Below are positions 33,628-36,464 of a stretch of 36,464 bases of DNA, piece by piece. The notes beneath the pieces were generated by a model, which searched no databases, had not been told where the DNA came from, and saw nothing but the letters and a program-made list of their open reading frames with translations. Source of the stretch: Chlamydiota bacterium (lineage in GTDB: Bacteria > Chlamydiota > Chlamydiia > Chlamydiales > Rhabdochlamydiaceae); NCBI GenBank assembly GCA_011065235.1, contig JAAKFB010000001.1:1-36464 (forward strand). The letters are read 5' to 3'. The first letter of the stretch is position 1. Each line of letters opens with the position of its first letter. The position numbers were made by a program, and so were the translations under genes.

Positions 33628-33732
33628 AAGGAAAAAGATCTAAGGAACGTATCGCCGATTCCTGAAAATCCTATCAAGAGATACATAAATTTAAGTGAGT
33701 TCGTCAAAGAATCAAGAGCTTGTGAAGAAAAC

Positions 33733-33921
33733 TTGCATCGTCATCTATTCAAAAAATTTATGTACTCATGTCACCTTGATGGTGATGTTGTAAATTTGCT
33801 GCGTTCGATTCAGGCAGACATCGTGTACACCTTTGCAATGGACATTTTCAAAATATACCTTTACATGTATACTTCTCAGGAAGTGCGTTATCACATGTTA
33901 GGTACAAATGCCAGATCCTAA
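33733..33921 (+). CDS. questionable ORF (62 aa, TTG start)
   Basis: Only the ORF track supports it. No clear RBS. Confidence 0.25.
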   Translation: MHRHLFKKFMYSCHLDGDVVNLLRSIQADIVYTFAMDIFKIYLYMYTSQEVRYHMLGTNARS

Positions 33922-33949
33922 ATATATGCTCTTTGGATACATTATTCTA

Positions 33950-34159
33950 TCAATCTTGGTCTGCTTTATCGTTGGATTCTATGACATGTGGGGAGAGGAT
34001 TAGATCATCAGTTGATTTTACCTTTTCGACTGTCTCTTCCAATTCCTTATTTTGTAGGTTTTCTACTTTTTTTCCATTCCATATCGTTGAGATCCTTTGG
34101 GCAATTCTCTGAAATGGATTAGTCTTAGGTGCATGAGTTAAAGATACAGGGGCAGACAT
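33950..34159 (-). CDS. small hypothetical protein (69 aa) in the moron-like island
   Basis: AGAGG 6 nt upstream of the ATG at 34159. It lies downstream of a clear terminator, so it is an independent unit. Confidence 0.5.
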   Translation of the reverse strand: MSAPVSLTHAPKTNPFQRIAQRISTIWNGKKVENLQNKELEETVEKVKSTDDLILSPHVIESNDKADQD

Positions 34160-34220
34160 GTAAACCTCTTATTTTAAAACGTTTAAGAAACCATATGATA
34201 CCATATTCAGCTTTCTCACG

Positions 34221-34250
34221 CAACAAAAACGGCTTCCGAAGAAGCCGCCC
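34221..34250 (-). terminator. rho-independent terminator after the lipoprotein gene
   Basis: Minus strand: GGGCGGCTTCTTCGGAAGCCG followed by TTTTTGTTG. 7-bp GC stem (34230..34236 / 34241..34247), a tetraloop, and a U-run at 34225..34229. Confidence 0.8.
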
Positions 34251-34279
34251 CAAACAATAAAGGAGTGTTTTGGATAAAT

Positions 34280-34450
34280 TTATTCTGGATCTTCTTGAGT
34301 CAAGTCCACATCGATCCCCCAGACATGGAATATTTGCCATTCCATAGCTTCTTCCCAAGGATTATCGTTATCTAGACCCAGCTTTTGATTGACGTAACTG
34401 CAGCTTGAAATTAGGACTGCAAGAAGAAGAAAGCAGAAAAGTGTTCTCAT
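34280..34450 (-). CDS. small lipoprotein (56 aa; alternative start at 34495)
   Basis: MRTLFCFLLLAVLISSC|SYVN.. is a signal peptide with a lipobox-like LISSC. AAGGA 8 nt upstream of the ATG at 34450. Confidence 0.6.
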   Translation of the reverse strand: MRTLFCFLLLAVLISSCSYVNQKLGLDNDNPWEEAMEWQIFHVWGIDVDLTQEDPE

Positions 34451-34720
34451 GAAAAAATCCTTATGGTTCTGAAGAAATTCTTTGATGTACTTCATAGGTT
34501 CATCATCACCTTTTTTTGGTGAAATGTCAATGATGTATGATTCAATCAAAAGGTCGACAGGGATAACCTTTCTGATGACAATAATAGGAGTGAAAAGGGT
34601 CAACGGAAAAGGGTTGACACTGAGAAGTGATGACCCTTTTTTATGTCAAGTGAAGCTTTTGCGTTCAGGTTTTCAAATATTTCATAATAAGAACTTCCTC
34701 ATAGGGTGCCCGATAAGAAA

Positions 34721-34747
34721 TTGCCTAATATGCATGTATGGTAGAAT
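34721..34747 (+). promoter_or_regulatory. candidate extended -10 promoter for the secreted-protein gene
   Basis: TTGCCT (34721..34726), a 15-nt spacer, then TGgTAGAAT (34739..34747). Confidence 0.3.
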
Positions 34748-34769
34748 GGAGAAAACCAAGGAGCGGATC

Positions 34770-35051
34770 ATGAAAGTTTATGCTATTTTATTTTTGATTT
34801 TCTTTACGAATGCTTTTGCTATATGCCCTCTGAATGAAGAGGAGGAACATTTTTTTCTCTACCGTACGCTTATCATGGAAAATTCAGTCTACAACATCGA
34901 AAAAATCTTGCATCACAAAAAGATGGATCCTAAGTTAGCATGGAAGATTCAGAAAGAAGTCGATATCATCAAATTCAACCTAGGAATATGCGAGGATATC
35001 TCTAGGAAGAGGTCACACAATATGCTATTGATCCGTGAAGACTGCCGTTAG
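34770..35051 (+). CDS. small secreted protein (93 aa)
   Basis: AAGGAG 7 nt upstream. The signal peptide MKVYAILFLIFFTNAFA is followed by a 3-Cys mature part. It converges on fibre A, with the 3' ends overlapping by 50 nt. Confidence 0.6.
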   Translation: MKVYAILFLIFFTNAFAICPLNEEEEHFFLYRTLIMENSVYNIEKILHHKKMDPKLAWKIQKEVDIIKFNLGICEDISRKRSHNMLLIREDCR

Positions 35052-35922
35052 ATTGTATTTGGATTTGTGACCCTGATGCATTATCCTCCAGTCCCCATAC
35101 TCGTCCAGTTGTTCCCCCAGATATGATTTCAAATACGCAATAGGTCTTTGTAGAAGGCCACGTTTGTGTTTCTACCCAAATAGTCCCTACTGGAGTTCGA
35201 CTGAACGAACCGGCGGATGCTATTGGAAAACCACTCAACACAATATTTCCTGATGCTCCATTAAGATCAGTCCATGAAAGATCAAATTGAAGGATCACCA
35301 GAGGACCTACACGAGCATAAATACCCGCTTGAACGGTGTTGGTTGTTGGACCACTTACGGCACCATCAATGACTGGTGTAAACGAAGTTTTATTGACCCA
35401 ATTGTCAATAGTGATAGTGGCCGTGCTTCCAGATCCACTGGTAGAAATACCATTACCCCCCGCAATCGTTAGAGCATTAGACGCTGGCGTAGCTGTTCCT
35501 GAGTCCGTAGGGAAAGATAAGGGCACAGTGGCAGTCACATCTATTGTAACGGTCGTTGAAGGGTCTTGTCCTGATGTGACGATTCCAGTACCCCCTGCCA
35601 CAGTGGTAATACCGCTGCCATCAGGTCCGACAGCTGTAGGTCCATCATCAGTGAGAAGAAAGTCAATACCTGGAGCTCCTGCACCACCAGCAAATTGAAT
35701 CCAGAGAGCATCGCCACCGGAAAATTCAGATAGATACCAGAGTTCACCTGCTACACCTGTGGATGGATTTTTTCCAAGAAGAGCAAACTGTCCTACAGGA
35801 TATTTCTTATCAGTCGTAAGAGGCCTTCTAGGGAATCTTTGGATAGGAATGACATCAGCTTGAGGGCCTACATATCGATTAGGAATGCTATTTGGTACAC
35901 CTGTTCTATCAGACATCTGCAT
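35002..35922 (-). CDS. tail fibre protein (fibre A)
   Basis: 306 aa. N-terminal anchor motif (KKYPVGQFALLGKNPSTGVAGELWYLS..DALWIQF) like the 799-aa fibre, and two copies of the DSGTATP..L.I.GG.GI.TSG motif. The C-terminal domain is paralogous to 10377..10937. The start could be the second ATG at 35916. Confidence 0.8.
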   Translation of the reverse strand: MQMSDRTGVPNSIPNRYVGPQADVIPIQRFPRRPLTTDKKYPVGQFALLGKNPSTGVAGELWYLSEFSGGDALWIQFAGGAGAPGIDFLLTDDGPTAVGPDGSGITTVAGGTGIVTSGQDPSTTVTIDVTATVPLSFPTDSGTATPASNALTIAGGNGISTSGSGSTATITIDNWVNKTSFTPVIDGAVSGPTTNTVQAGIYARVGPLVILQFDLSWTDLNGASGNIVLSGFPIASAGSFSRTPVGTIWVETQTWPSTKTYCVFEIISGGTTGRVWGLEDNASGSQIQIQSNGSLHGSIAYCVTSS

Positions 35923-35932
35923 CTCTCTGTTT
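35898..35932. repeat. 35-nt 'fibre-A leader' repeat, copy 1 (identical to 36430..36464)
   Basis: cacctgttctatcagacatctgcatctctctgttt in both places, direct orientation, 532 nt apart. It contains the fibre-A RBS, start and first 8 codons. Confidence 0.95.
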
Positions 35933-36001
35933 ATTGCAAATGACTCTTTTCTTGATTGGATTCAAGTCCAAAATTTCTTCACCATCGACTGTAAATTTCA
36001 T
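35909..36001 (-). pseudogene. truncated P-family gene copy (P3, 30 codons)
   Basis: MKFTVDGEEILDLNPIKKRVICN matches P1 MKFAVDGEEVLDLSPIKKKVICN. It then reads off-frame through the fibre-A leader (KQRDADV*). It keeps the AAGGAG-N6-ATG linker. Confidence 0.5.
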
Positions 36002-36011
36002 TTTTTTCTCC

Positions 36012-36290
36012 TTACGTAATAGAATCCAAACGAACTTCCAATTTTGGTGGCCATCCATGGATGATGTTATTTGCATGTGCAGCGATTCCCGTTGGAGATC
36101 TACCAGGGGGGAACCTCGTGGGTTTTGCTGGTTTATGTGCACCTTTTCGTTTCAGATCGTTAAATTCCTCTTCCGAACGTCCAATTCTTACAAACTTAAC
36201 CATAGTCTCACTGATCCACTCTTTATGAAGGCATTGAGCTTCTAGGAGTTTAGTCTTTTTAACCTCTTTTTCATCACCCACAAATTTCAT
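36012..36290 (-). CDS. P-family small protein P2 (92 aa)
   Basis: AAGGAG-N6-ATG linker. MKFVGDEKEVKKTKLLEAQCLHKEWISETMVKF..FNDLKRKG, followed by the shared C-terminal block AHKPAKPTRFPPGRSPTGIAAHANNIIHGWPPKL. Confidence 0.6.
   Translation of the reverse strand: MKFVGDEKEVKKTKLLEAQCLHKEWISETMVKFVRIGRSEEEFNDLKRKGAHKPAKPTRFPPGRSPTGIAAHANNIIHGWPPKLEVRLDSIT
36039..36144. repeat. ~106-nt coding block 'R', copy 1 (1 mismatch to 36329..36434)
   Basis: Hand alignment at offset 290. The only difference is t36092 versus c36382. Confidence 0.95.
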
Positions 36291-36314
36291 TTTTTTCTCC
36301 TTAACAAATTAGAG
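36282..36314. repeat. 33-bp linker repeat (identical to 186..218), retaining a fibre-B-like 3' end remnant (..SLIC*)
   Basis: Direct string identity. In the linker frame the upstream codons read MCGLSLIC*, compared with ..TGALIC* at the end of fibre B. Confidence 0.9.
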
Positions 36315-36464
36315 ACAAACCGCACATTCAATTTTGGTGGCCATCCATGGATGATGTTATTTGCATGTGCAGCGATTCCCGCTGGAGATCTACCAGGGGG
36401 GAACCTCGTGGGTTTTGCTGGTTTATGTGCACCTGTTCTATCAGACATCTGCATCTCTCTGTTT
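36287..36464 (-). CDS. P1 3' portion (frame open to the right edge; internal ATGs at 36454 and 36448)
   Basis: Hand translation (G)NREMQMSDRTGAHKPAKPTRFPPGRSPAGIAAHANNIIHGWPPKLNVRFVSNLLRRKK*. The TGA stop overlaps the P2 ATG (ATGA). Below the ORF-track cutoff if started at 36454. Confidence 0.5.
   Translation of the reverse strand, partial: NREMQMSDRTGAHKPAKPTRFPPGRSPAGIAAHANNIIHGWPPKLNVRFVSNLLRRKK
36329..36434. repeat. ~106-nt coding block 'R', copy 2
   Basis: See 36039..36144. Confidence 0.95.
36430..36464. repeat. 35-nt 'fibre-A leader' repeat, copy 2 (ends at the window edge)
   Basis: Identical to 35898..35932. It shares CACCT with the end of R copy 2, which is crossover microhomology. 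Confidence 0.95.

Noticed and set aside
33414-33707. 97-aa minus-strand ORF
   Set aside because: Leu/Ser/Ile/Phe-rich odd composition with no RBS. The plus strand here encodes small membrane ORFs in line with the flanking plus-strand genes.
35287-35747. ORFs 35287..35472 (+), 35336..35698 (+) and 35541..35747 (-) inside fibre A
   Set aside because: They are alternative-frame or antisense reads of the Gly/Thr/Ser-rich fibre gene, and the 306-aa frame carries the fibre motifs.
36039-36434. Diversity-generating retroelement (template/variable repeat pair) near fibre genes
   Set aside because: No reverse transcriptase ORF exists anywhere in the window. The two ~106-nt copies differ at a single T/C position rather than at adenine-specific sites. 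Neither copy lies at the 3' end of a fibre or lectin-fold gene.
35993-36434. CRISPR-like array
   Set aside because: There are only two large (~150-nt) units 290 nt apart, both protein-coding, with no short repeat/spacer periodicity.
35898-36464. Invertible fibre segment (Gin/Cin/shufflon-type)
   Set aside because: All repeats are in direct orientation, and no serine or tyrosine recombinase gene is present in the window.
1-36464. Prophage boundaries, integrase or att sites
   Set aside because: No tyrosine or serine recombinase-like ORF, no flanking host genes and no tRNA target are visible. The direct repeats at the ends are internal to the fibre locus, not att-like.

Overview
This window reads as an essentially complete ~36.5-kb genome of a tailed dsDNA phage. 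No host genes, rRNA/tRNA, integrase or CRISPR array are visible. Most genes lie on the minus strand as one long leftward programme starting at a divergent control region (~30.40-30.59 kb). In order it encodes: a Cro-like HTH; two winged-helix replication proteins (the larger contains tandem iterons, a lambda-O-style candidate origin); an XRE HTH; Zn-ribbon proteins; RusA; a run of small acidic or unknown early ORFs; a ParB-like protein; DUF551-like ORFs; terS (with a KPNG repeat); terL; an opposite-strand HNH-like endonuclease; portal; scaffold; HK97-fold major capsid protein; a decoration-like protein followed by a strong terminator; adaptor/tail proteins; three large internal-virion-like proteins; and at least five fibre-like proteins. 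One fibre has a C1q/TNF-like tip; another has ~97-aa tandem repeats and a SPRY/ConA-like tip. No tape measure, sheath or tube gene is recognisable, so a short-tailed virion is inferred. A short rightward operon (30.6-33.9 kb) encodes a RecT/Red-beta-like annealase with an acidic N-terminal extension, a YqaJ/lambda-exo-like nuclease and several mini membrane ORFs. A moron-like island (33.95-35.05 kb) encodes a small lipoprotein and a secreted protein. The most unusual structure straddles the window ends. Between the two main fibre genes sits a mosaic of near-identical direct repeats: a 35-nt fibre-A leader x2, a ~106-nt coding block x2, a 22-33-nt stop/RBS/start linker x3, and a truncated gene copy. 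Together these build three paralogous small 'P' genes. The ORF leaving the left edge is in frame with the ORF entering at the right edge, which implies a circular or permuted genome. Exchange between the repeats would delete P2 or fuse P1 in frame to fibre A. I could not recognise an endolysin/holin pair or a lysogeny module by eye. All functional calls rest on hand-read motifs and gene order, not on database searches.
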